Of a stretch of DNA of 64,000 nucleotides, positions 13,794 through 25,558 are shown piece by piece. This DNA is from Klebsormidium nitens (Eukaryota > Plantae > Klebsormidiophyceae): the NCBI GenBank assembly GCA_000708835.1, contig DF237464.1:1666-65665 (forward strand), read 5' to 3'. The translations under genes were made by a program, and so were the position numbers. Each line of letters starts with the position of its first letter. Position 1 is the stretch's first letter. The notes beneath the pieces were generated by a model. The model did no database searches. It was not told the DNA's origin and worked only from the letters and a program-made list of their open reading frames with translations.

Positions 13794-15774
13794 GCGGGGC
13801 GCAGACGTGAGGACTATGGGGGGAAGCGAATTGGAAGACGAAGAAAAGTTTCCAACCTGCAGTAAAATCACAAGCAGAGAAAGATGAAGAGTGGCTCTTC
13901 AGAGGGAAATTCCTGTGTGGTCCAAATTGAGGCCTTCATCTACACGCGGAAGGTCCTCGAGGTGATTGAAGCCAATGTGGGCCTTCAGAACGATGGAAAA
14001 GAAGCGCCTGTTTGCAGCGCGTGGGCTCGTTTCATATCACAAACCCCGCTTCTTGGCCAAGCACATAGAGAGAATCGACGAGATGTACAAAAAAAAGGAA
14101 ATGCGCATCTTCTTAGGAACTTGAGCTGCGAGACCCTTTGAGATTACTTCCTCCGGACTGCCCTTTGGACTGCCCCTTACATCAACGTATCAAGAATCGA
14201 AAAAGAACCCAGCGCTTACAAGGCCAACCACAGTCTTGCTAACAACGCCATAGGAAGAAGACAAGATTTGCCTCGTGTCGCATTGGTCCACAAAGGCGGC
14301 TCCAAATTTTCTGCATTCACATGCAGCGCTCTAAGCTGCCTGCTTGTTTAGAACCGCTCATTCTCCTCGTTCTCACCTTCCTGGCCTTCGTGATGGGCGG
14401 TCTTCCCCCACGACTTGTTCGCGTCCCTCGTCTTCGAAGATGAGCGGAGGTGACCCCCTACTCCGTGCTGTTTAAAAAGCTTGCTTAAAGCTTTGAGCTT
14501 TAAGACGTAAGACGTGCGGCGGGCCGAGCCACAAAGTTGCAGCATCCACACTCAGCCAGTAGCATCTGCGCTGTTCTCGTAAGCTTGCCAGGCTGTTTGA
14601 CCGACTGGTCGCGGGGAGATGGGAACATGAGCTTGCGCAAATCATGCATGGTCGAGCTTTACCTGTTGTCGTTTCGTCGGCTTTGTCGCTATGCGTTACT
14701 GATGCTTGATGCCAAGACATAGGCGCGCAGGCAAAGTATACAGTTGTAAACTGTGCCCCGTTTCTGACAGGCAGCCCCCTATCGTCAGAACCGAGCGGGG
14801 TAAGCCCGCTGCCCAGCGCGTGGAACTTCGTGAGGTCCGCACAAAATCCCACCGGGCGAAATGAACAAGCGGTGTCCCGAACGGTTCCCCTGCGGGAAAC
14901 ATGGCTTGCCTAACCCGGCGTAACCCGTAGAATATTATAACCATGCTTGACCCACCTCATAACCACGAGAAAGCACGTCATCACCGACTGACGAACCTTA
15001 TTTTGCCGGAAAATGCGGAGCCTATCCGTAAAGTGCGGAGCGACAGGAGCTTCTTTCGACGATAAAAAGCAGTGTCATGCTTCATGCATGCATGTAACGA
15101 CATGCGAAATTGTCAAACATCACCGTCCGGCTGTGACATCTGGCACCGGACCTCCCGTATCGAAATTTGGCTAAGCCGACGGCCAGTCTAGAATCACGAT
15201 CTGAATAATTTCGCAGATCTTCATTCGTAATAATAAAATCCTATGGGTTCCCTTAGAAAGGCCAATAAATGAACGGCGCCGTGGATGCTTTAAAGGCTGG
15301 GACAACGAGATTCTGCGTGACAATCAATATCGTGACCAGGTTTCGACTTGGGCAAGATGCGGTCAGTGGGACCTGCAGCCTGTGGTCACATTGACACGCG
15401 ACGTTGGCATGAAAGGCAGACGTCAAGCGTGCATCATCTTGCTTCCGACACTTCGACGTTCGTGATATTAGCATTCCTCTCTTCTCTCACAAAAGCTCAA
15501 TGCGCTAATGTTTGTGATGACAACTCCCAGTTACATAATTGAATAATAACCAACGGAAGTGCTTTGGCCGCCTGACAGATCCTGCTATAAACGACCAGAA
15601 TTTGTGGACGATGTTTGAACGTATACGACCGATGTGATCTGATTGACTTTCTATTGCACGGCAATGTAGTCGACTTCTCAAGTAGCTAAAATCAACTTGT
15701 CCACTTTTTCTTGCTAAACTTCCTAGTCCCTTTCCTCTTATTCGTTGGGGGCAACCCGGTGCGTGCCAATTTGT

Positions 15775-18700
15775 CTAGAAAGCGCCAAAGACGTTGCTCG
15801 TGCTCTGTGGGCTGGACGGCCCTGCTCGCGAGATGGGGTCGGGGTGCACGCGCGCGCCCCCGGCCGCGCCCGCCAGAACGAGCCCGCCCGACGGACTCGC
15901 GTGCCACCTGCAGAAGCACCGCCAAGCAAAGGCCACCGTTGTCAACGAAGTCCGTTTCAAACAGTCTTCTTCGCACGAACCTGGAGGTTTTGGGATAAAA
16001 GATACTCCAAAAATAACTAGAGACTGTGCAAAGATGGATCCGATCCATCGAAACGATTGCAATGTCTTTTGACCCATGGATCCTAAGCGGCTCACCACCT
16101 AGAAACAAACCGGCGGCGTTGTCAGTATTCCAGCGGATTCATTTGACAAGGAGAAGAGCAGCTTGTCTACTCCTGCGCGCACAGAAATCTTTTCCGTTCG
16201 TCGCGCACCTGTACACTTCCAATGGGTCGATGTACTTGGCGGGCTTGCGGTGGTGGTACACGGGCGGCACCAGCGGCGGCTGGAGGCCGCGCTTGGCGAC
16301 CGCGTCCCAGGCAACCCCCGCGAACCAGGGGTGCGCCTTCACGTCGCCCCACCCGCGGGGGCCGCTCCCCAGGCGGCGGCCGGGGTCCACCTCGAGCAGG
16401 CCCTGAATGAGGTCCCGCGCCATCTTGGTGAAGGGCGGGTCGGCCGCGGACTTGGGCGGCGGGAAGCGGAAGTCGCCCTCCACGATGCGCTTGTACAGCT
16501 CCTTCTGGCTGTCGCCGAAGAACGGCGGGACGCTGTGCAGACAAGGACGGCAGCAAAGCTTTACTTACGCAACAGGAATCTCAAAATTGGGGCTTTCAGT
16601 ATAAGGCACGATTTGCCTTGCATCCAAGTTCTGCCCGACGGCAAGATACTGCCGACTCTCAACATCAGTGTTTGCTGCTCGCGTCTATCTCTCAACTCTT
16701 CACAAAACGCTCTGGTGAAACAAGGCGACGGAAGGAGCGCAGATGGGCGTGCGAGTAGGCGGCTGACCCTGCGATGAGCTCGAAGAGGAGCACCCCGAAG
16801 GCCCAGAAGTCGACGGCCCTACCGTGGCCCTTGCCGTTGACGATCTCGGGGGCCAGATAGTCGGGCGTGCCCACGAACGTGTGCCGCCTGCCGCACAACA
16901 GAACACCGCCTTTGAGCAGATTTAAGAGGTCAGCGCTCCAGCGAAGCAGTAGAAGCTCCGTCAAAGGGAGCTTGCACATCATTCTTACTTCAAGAGTTGG
17001 ATCAAGAGAAACGATGGGACCAGTGAAATACGATCGGACCCGCTTCCCTAGTTCCTGGGCCAACTCACCTCTCCCCTGGAAGAGAGCGCCGTGAAAAGCC
17101 GAGGTCGGTGAGCTTCACATGGCCCGATGCGTCTAGCATGACGTTCTCGATCTTGAGGTCCCTGCGAATGCAACAACGACACCCGACGTGAGAAATATAA
17201 AGCTGAAGCTGGCTATCTGAGGAGAAAGCTCTTTTTCAGGTGGTGTCGCGTCGAAGTTATCGAACACGGAGCTTCTTACTGCGCCTTTCTGGCTACGAAA
17301 AGTGGTGATCAGGGGGACTCCAAGACCCAATAATCAGTTTAGGCGGTCAGCAATAAGTAAAAGGACTTCGAAAAACCCACGTACAAAAAATCCACCCGTT
17401 TCCACCCGTTTCAATTCCTCTAAAATGGTACTCTTCTTCCTGTGGCGTACGTAGTGCCCATCGATTCGTAAACGCGAAGTGGACAGCGCTCCTGGCGTGC
17501 GGTTCGTATCACCTGTAGAGGAAGTTCTTGCTGTGCATGTACTCGAGCGCCACTGCAATCTCTGCGCCGTAGAAGCGGGTCTCATCCTCCGTCAGCCTGC
17601 GGCGCCGCTCCAGCTGGTCGAACAAGTCGCCCCCCGCCACAAACTCCATCACGAAGTAGAGCCGCATCTGGTCCTGGAACGTCTTGTAGCTGCGCCAGGA
17701 GCGAACGGGTGCGAGTCTCAGAAGCTGGACGTCGGTGAAGCAGCAGAATTGACCGGCAAACAAACTTTTCAAAGCAGCTCATCCCACTTCCAGGAGCGAG
17801 TCTATCTTGGTAAGGTGCGTCTCGAATGAAAAATTCGAGGGCCCGCCGACATGCACAACGGCTTTGCCTACTGCTGGAGGGCCTGCGCTGCTTGAGGTGC
17901 ACGGCCGGCGGCTCACGTCTTGACGATGAAGGGGTGGCCGCTGAGGGCGAGGAGCGCCTCCTTCTCTGCAAGCGCCTGCTCCGTCTCGTTGCGCGCGAGC
18001 AGATCCTTTTTGTCCATGCTCTTGAGCGCATACAGCTTGTTGGGCCGCCTCCTCCGCGTGCACAAGTGGACCACGCCAAACGCACCCTGGCCTGCGGAGA
18101 GGAGCCCGCAAGGGACACGGTCAACAGAGAGCGAATGCAGGCACAGGGCCGTCAAGAGCTTCAAACATACGTCAAAGGAGTGGGTAAAGTCTGAGGCAGC
18201 ATTGAGCCACGTCCTTGTTTGCGGTGCTGTGTTTCTTGGAGCTATGCTGGTGGCTGGGTCGCCTCACCCACGACCTTGTGCAGCCGGAAGTCCTGGATGG
18301 ACGCCCCCTCCTTTCTTCCCCCCGTCAGCACGCGCAGCATGCTCGTCGCTTTCTTCACCAAGGCCCTCACCACCCGCAGCGGCCGTCGAGCGGCAGCGCG
18401 CGAGTAGTACCCCGCCAGCGACGTCCTCCGTCCTGCTTCCAGGGGTGCAGCACGCTGCCGATGCCGTGGAGTCTTGCTGGCGGTCTCTCCCGAGGTGGAT
18501 GCCACTGACTCGGTTCCCGGGTCCTCATGCAAGGGCCCACTCGACGAGCTCGACGTGGTAACGCTGGGGGGAAGGGGCGTCAGCTCGTCCAACCGCATCT
18601 TCAAGGTGTCATTCTTGGCTGACGGCTGCCGCAGGGTGTTGACGGTGATCGGCAGGGGTGATACACGGGCCATGTCACGGGACCGCCTGGCAGGCCTACT

Positions 18701-19204
18701 AGCTGCATTTGCTCCTATGGAAAGGCTGCTCGCCTCTGATGCCGCTGTTGGCAGGGGAGCTGGATGGGGCGTGCTCTCTGCACTCACTGTGCCCGGGAGA
18801 GAGCTGGCTCGTTCGATGCCTGGGCCTGCACTGTCATGGCCGGATTCAGGGCCCTTGCCTGCAGAGGTGCACTCATGGATCTCATGTGCGCAGTCGGGTC
18901 TACTCCGACTCTCGCCAGCCGCGTCCCCAACCTGAGTAGCACCCGTTGCTTTGCTGCCGCCCATTGCTGTCGTGTTCAACAGTCCCTGTTCTAAGCAGAC
19001 AGGATCACTTGCACCCGTTGACTCCGCATCGCTTGCCTCAGCATGGCCGTGTGTGTTGGTACCCATCACAGTCGGATCTAGATCTCCAGGAGAACTGGCA
19101 GCACACGAGGCTGCACTGCTGCCAGGTGCCATGCTAGGGCTTTGCACGTCTTCACAGGTGGTGCGGCTGGCCTCGCTGGGCGCAGCACTGCTGGTGGCCT
19201 CCAT
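15775..19204 (-). CDS. AGC-group Ser/Thr kinase, PKA catalytic/PRKX-like, with a long disordered N-terminal extension
   Basis: Exons 19204-18268, 18091-17917, 17689-17513, 17161-17069, 16887-16768, 16532-16209 and 15907-15775 join in frame. Motifs: [86 protein letters not shown], and a terminal FxxF (FGAF-stop). An in-frame acceptor just upstream of ATG 19204 means an additional 5' exon is possible. Confidence 0.9.
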
Positions 19205-21190
19205 GTGGTGGCCTGCCTTAGGTACAGGCGCTGCCAGCCAGGACACAGCACGGGCTCAGGGCAGCACTTTACGGAGGTGGCACGCACAGCTACGTCAATC
19301 TACTCGGTTTGGTCCCACATGAGCATCTACACTAACTTGATTCTGACCAATCGAGGATAAGTGAAGAATGGTTTAGCAGATGGCATGAGACCAGTGTTGA
19401 CTTACACGTTTCATCTGGTCGACTCTTTCATGTGGCACTGCACATAACTACAAACGAAGCATGGAAAGGTTGAGCACACAATGCTGCTGAGTGAAACGGT
19501 CAGAATCCATCAGGGCGCCGCCACATTGGTCTTTCCATCATCGGACATGCTCGCATCGTCCGCTTGGCCATGGGAGCCTTTAAGTACTACATTGAAGGAT
19601 GGTCGACTGGCACGTCGGCGGACCACTGCCAGCATCTGACCCTATCATTTCTCATCGTTGGCGAAGTGGTCTGCTGGAGCACCACACCAGATTCAGGAGG
19701 AATATCTGTGACTCATATTGGTAATTCTGGAATATAGAGGCGGCTCTACAGTTGAGTAATCGACGAGTGCTTGGATCAGCAGCAGCCGGCTACACACTAC
19801 AACACGACTTAGAAGCGAGGCTGCCAGTGATGAACTCATCAATATGCTCCTGCTTTATGTAATGCATCCGGTTTCAGCAGCCTTATTCACGTACTATTGG
19901 GACATCTTTGCTTTCACTACCGTACGAAGAAATCGGCCTATGAGTCCTCCTGCGATTTGCGACAGTACCGTGACGTATCCATCCATCCATTCCTTGATAT
20001 CAGCAAAAGAAAGATCCGACAGATTCTGCATGTGCGTGGAATATTAGAAGCGAGTGAATAATTACTTACTTGAAAGGGTGACTAGTGTAGATAGAGTGAT
20101 ACCACAATATCGACAGAGATACAGATTATATCAACACACCCCCAACACACGCGATGTGAAAGCTTTTTAAACCGCTTGACATACCAGAGTACAGCGGAAC
20201 AGAAGGTCGCGCGCGCACAGCATTTCATCGAGCAAATCGTACGTCTCCACGATCATGCGTGTCTTTGCACTCTGCGATGGCAGACGCACTGGGAGTCCGT
20301 CCGGTCACCATGTTTGCCGCCCATGGTCCTGAAGTCTCTTGAACGATGTTTGCCGTTTGTCAAGGCCGTCACCTGTGGTGGCAGTGTGTTCAGCCCCGGC
20401 CCTTTCTAGCCGTCCGCAAGATTTGAGGGGGCTTTTCTGGCCAATGATGGGGCACTTTTAGATTTTAGTATCTACGTGGCCAATGTCGCGTCGCTTTTTA
20501 CCTCGTGTGTGCAGCAGCCAATTCGGGCACGACGTGTATACACAGGTCTGTACAACATTGGTACCTTCACAGCGCACCTACCGTATTTACGCAGGGCTGC
20601 CAGACTGCCAGGTGCAGATTGGACCATGCGACAGTACCCAGGTAGGTACACAGAGCAGTACAGTGTACACCGTGCCTTCATACAGGCCCGGTTGGAGAAC
20701 TACCTAGGTAACAGGCGCGCAAAGCAACTTCGGTCCACGGTCAGCCCTACTACCTACGTACGCCGCACGCGTGCCCCTCACTCGTGAGGCGCTCCGTATG
20801 GGCGCTCAACCTTTGCTTCATGCAGCTTCGAAGTGACGCATGTGGAGGTCACATTCGCTGCATGTTGCTAACGCAGCTGGGCGCACCTCGTCGATCTCAT
20901 GCAGCCACTGCCATCTTGCTTTAGTTGAAGGAGGTGCTCGTAGAGTTGCGAGTTGGACTGTTTTCCTTCGGTGCACAGCGGGTGGTAATGCCGCAGGGAG
21001 GCGCTATCCAGGCTGGTTGAAAGCTGTAGCTTCTGTGTGGACATAGATCCGGATATGCTTTGCCTGCTACCTGCTTGACTTGTCAGAGTGTGGCACTTCT
21101 TTTGGTCGGGAATTGCACATCTGAATTGGTGAAGAAGTCTTCAGCTGCTGAGAGCGTCAGATCTGCCTTTCGACGCTTTTCGCACCAAGT

Positions 21191-23890
21191 ATGGCTGGCG
21201 CTACATGTCGGTCTGGGGCAGCTGGTGCTGGTTTGCTGGGCCCTCAGGTTGTGTTGTCTGCAAGCAAATGCCAGCCTTCTCAGATAGATCTGAGGCACAC
21301 CAAGCTGCAGCCAGCGATCTCTGCTCGAGGTGGCCACTCCAGACAAAAGCTTGGCACAGGAAAAGGCTTTGTTGAGGGAATTGGGATTAGCCAGCTAAAG
21401 CAGCTTAAAAATGTAGACCGCAACAAACGGAAGAAGGTCCTTCGCACTGCTGCGGTGCTTGTGAATGAGGACCCGATGTTCAGCGGAAGGGGCCGGGACG
21501 CAGATTTTGCTGAGTCCTCTGGTCGGGATGCAACAGATGCAAACGCCGGCTCCCCTCTTGATGAGCTGCTTCAGACTGGGCGGGCGCTAAAGTTTGCGGC
21601 GTCCATTGATGAAGAGAGCGCTCGGCAACGAGCTCTGGACAGGCGGCTTCGCAGGAAGTCGGAGAGGGCTTCGTACCAGGTGGCAGCAATCGCGTCGACG
21701 CTGGGATTCACAGCTTTGGCGGGAGCTGCAGTGTACCACCGGTTCCTTTGGCAGATACCGGTAAGCCACATTCAAAGACATGAAGGTCGAGTGTGGTCAA
21801 TCTGTTCAGGGCGCGCAGCGCCTCCCAGTTTGCTTGGCATCTGCGAGCATCCTGATGGTGCAGGCTAAGTTCTAACCAAGGTCCTACATTTCAATGTTAT
21901 CAGCTGCGCGTGCAAACAAACTTGTTCCTCAAGGTCTGCATGCACCGAGTCCAGGACTTTTGTGCAACTCACGGAAAGCTGGCCCAGTCAGGTTTGGGTT
22001 GTGCTGCTTTCTTCTGCCAAGGTGGATATAATCTGGCCAGATTTAATGGAGCAGAGGTTGCACACATTGGGGATCTTTTATCTGCAGCTCGCTGTTTAGC
22101 GACGGAAAAGCTGTTGGCTTTTGTACAGTGCATAACTTCTCTGGCCCTTTGTCAAAAGTTCGCGGCTGTCGGGTTTAGAAGTATGTTGCGAAGCAGGAAC
22201 AGCGGCTACGATTGAGAAATGCAGCCATTGAGAGTACTTCGGACACCGGCTCAGAGCAGTTTCTGAGAGGTTGCTTGTTGACAAGCTCTTTGATGTCCTG
22301 CCATGGCAGGAGGGAGGCTCACCACCGTATTTGGAGATGGCTGGCACCTTCGCTCTTGCCATTGGAGCACTGGTAAGGTCCACTTGTCCTGCTTGGATCC
22401 ATCATGCCTGCCTCATTTTGACTGTGTGATTGAGTTCTGGATGACCATTCTGAAGCACTGACATGACGAGCTTCTTTATGGCCACGATTTTATGACGGCC
22501 AAGGTTCAAGTTGTGAGATTGAGGTTTGGGGATTGTGCTGCAGGTTGGGATGGAGTACTGGGCCCGATGGGCGCACAAAGCTTTGTGGCATGCCTCTCTG
22601 TGGAACCTGCATGAGGTGAGAGCTGCGGCCACATGACAGTCGGGTGTCTTTTGTAAGCTGATTCAGTTTGCATTGCCTCAAGGACCTCTGCCAGTCTCAA
22701 TGGGATCTCCCTCGTTCGTGAGGTTTGTAATGCATCTTACTGTGGGTCTGTCAAGAAGGCGCCAGCCTTTCTTTCGAGGCGCTTGTGTGAGCTGTTGGGT
22801 ACCCATGTCTTGGTGATTTCATGAAGGGATTGGCCGTGAGCGGCATTGACCCCGGTATTTCCTTTGCAGTCTCATCATCGGCCACGGGAAGGTCCTTTCG
22901 AGGCCAACGACATTTTTGCAATCATTAACGCTGTACCTGCAATTGCGCTTCTAGCATACGGTTTCTTCAACCACGGATTTATCCCCGGACTGTGCTTTGG
23001 AGCGGTAAGCCCCCACTGTTTCTTTGCTGGCTTCAATGCGAAAGGCGTAACCTTGAATTTGTATGGGAGTAGCAGGCACGCAAATGCCAATGATCAGCTC
23101 CGTGCGCCATACTTCTTGTCGATCCTCAGCAAACCACTCAAGTTGAATGCTGTGTTTCTGATAGAACGAGCTGTCTGAGGGGCTTCCAACTGTTGGTATT
23201 GTTGCTAAGGAGCATCCGGCGTTCCTTCTATAATTGAAAGCTTTCTGGATGCAGGGCCTGGGCATCACCATGTTTGGCATGGCTTACATGTTTGTGCATG
23301 ACGGCCTGGTCCACCGCCGTTTCCCCGTGGGGCCAATTGGCGATTTACCCTACCTTCAGAAAGTAGCAGCGGCGCATCAGGTATGCACACTGTCCTGATC
23401 CAGCGCTTTGCTCGAATCTGGACAGGTGTCCTCTGATTGAGTAGGTGACCAGGTCAAAAGGCTTGGGGTGTCCTGCTATTCGCCTGCAAGTGGCCTTCAT
23501 TGGCTCAACGTTTGCTCCATTGCATCCAGATTGGATTCTGATTGTGTTGCGTCATGCTTATGCCCCTGGCTACTCTGTGCAGATGCATCATGCGGACAAA
23601 TTCGAAGGCGTTCCTTATGGCCTCTTCTTAGGCCCTGAGGTAAGCTCGTTCGCATCCATTTCAATCTGAATTCACCGCACAAAGCGACACCTGTTCAAGC
23701 TGAAAGCATTGGGTTTGCCCTTAGAATGAGAAAGATGCTGGTTGACTTTGTTAGGAGTAGGTTTCAAGACTCTCGGAAGTGATGTGATCATGTCCTTGCG
23801 CAGGAGTTGGAGCGTGTTGGTGGCCTGGAAGACATGGAGGCCCTTATCCAGAAGCAACGGTTGAGCAGAGAAACCCTTGCCACCAAGTAG
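21191..23890 (+). CDS. BCH: Beta-carotene 3-hydroxylase (non-heme di-iron, plant BCH/CrtZ type); 7 exons
   Basis: Exons 21191-21760, 22310-22372, 22544-22615, 22870-23004, 23255-23380, 23583-23639 and 23804-23890. Motifs: GMEYWARWAHKALWHASLW, HESHHRPREGPFEANDIFA, MAYMFVHDGLVHRRFPVGPI, AAAHQMHHADKFEGVPYGLFLGPEE, which include all four His boxes. Confidence 0.96.
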
Positions 23891-25558
23891 GACCAGGAGG
23901 AGGACCTGCCGTTCTGGTGGGCCGTTGCGAATATTAATTGAGCATTCCCTTGGGCAGGGAACTTACTGAGGAGAGCATTGTTCTCGCGTTGAGGTGCCTA
24001 GAACCCGCTGCGGCTCATTATGAATCGCAATCAATCATGCTGACTAGAAAGCTCTTGGGGATCAGTAGTCAGCAAGCTTGGCAGTGTTTGCAGCCTTACA
24101 GCCTAGAGAGCGCATCGTCAATCATGGGAAGGGGCACCTGCAATTTTGCAATGCATCCTCAAGCTACTAAGTCGTTGATCAGATTGTAGCCGGTCATGAT
24201 CGTTACTACCGCAGAGACAAGACAAGATGGTCGAGCTCGTAATCTGACGGTAGACGATTAATAGCAGAATTATGGCAGGACGCAAATTAGCGGCTTGCAA
24301 CATTTACTAAAGCAGGATGTAATTGTTGGAACTTGTCTATGCTAAGGTCACCTAGTCAATTAACAGCACAGATTGAAATTTGTGTGTGCCTGCCGCCATA
24401 GACTAATGCATGCACCTTCATCCCCACATTGGTCGGCAAAAAACCAGCAAGCCGAAGGCTCCCGGCCCAATGTATGTACTGAAGCACATGGAATCATGGT
24501 GCGCAGTCCGACCACTTCCAATTAATTCGATATACGTGGAATGTCATCAACTGTACGGTAGCTTGAGCCCTGTAGTTATGCAACGTATACGTGGTATGAA
24601 GGCGCGCTCGAGACGCGATCCTATTCACTCATTAAAATTAGACAGGGTTCGAACCTGTGCTTTCAATATGTAGATTAAAGGGTCAAATTCATTATTGCAC
24701 CTTAATCATTTACGGTGCGGTACTCATGGGATTGCATACCGCTATCACCGCTACCTTACCAATGTAAAGGATCATATGTACAATTATACTGTGTATATAT
24801 ACACATGTAGCTCGCCAGAGCTTCGTATCCACACGAAAACAAATTCTACAAAAGAGTCCTCAAAGCGGCGCCCCGCATATGCACAGCCTGTCAACGTTTG
24901 CAGCTGCCAGCTGTCAATCAGTGCCCTTGCCACATGCGCCGCCATGTCCCCGTTGTCTGCGTCAACATGCACACATGCAGCCGCCTGGGCGGGCTGCCAT
25001 TTCGAGGCTCGACCAGGGACACGGCCACATGTGATCGCCCGGTGGCCCACCCAGGCCGGCGGTTTATACAAGCCGGGTAAGTTTTACCGGCATCTCTACA
25101 TAGGGCTATCATGGTTGAACATGTCCTGACATGGGGCCGTACGTTCAGCTTTTCGCTGAAAGGCTCGTCCGCGCATAGGCATCTAGCACAAGTACTAATC
25201 CTTGCGACGGTCCACCTCAAAACCATGGACCAACGCAGAGTTTCGTAACTTTCTGTTGGCAAACACAGCAAAAACTTACTGGAGCTGTTTCCAGACCTTG
25301 TTGTGAACCTCGAAAGGTACTGACAAGCAGGCACCTGGCAGCAGACCTTCAAGAGACCCTTCACAACTAGGGAGCTTGGAAGTAGCCATAAAGGCAACCA
25401 ACGTACCAATCTTGGTATGAGCAGACGCACTACGCCCGACAACAGATTTGCAGGCACCGTCCGAAGGAACTACTGTCCTGGATAGTATTTCCAGGATTTC
25501 AACAAAGCTTAGCTGCTTTCTAACTGACTTTCAAGTTAAATACTGAGAGGTCCGTGAT

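Noticed and set aside
19510-19640. Short minus-strand ORF MLAVVRRRASRPSF... upstream of the kinase, a possible extra first exon with another RRxS site
   Set aside because: No donor of the phase needed to join the acceptor near 19230; cannot be supported without transcripts.
24641-24660. GGTTCGAACC resembling a tRNA B-box/T-loop
   Set aside because: No A box or cloverleaf; it is just a short palindrome. No tRNA or rRNA genes were found in the window.
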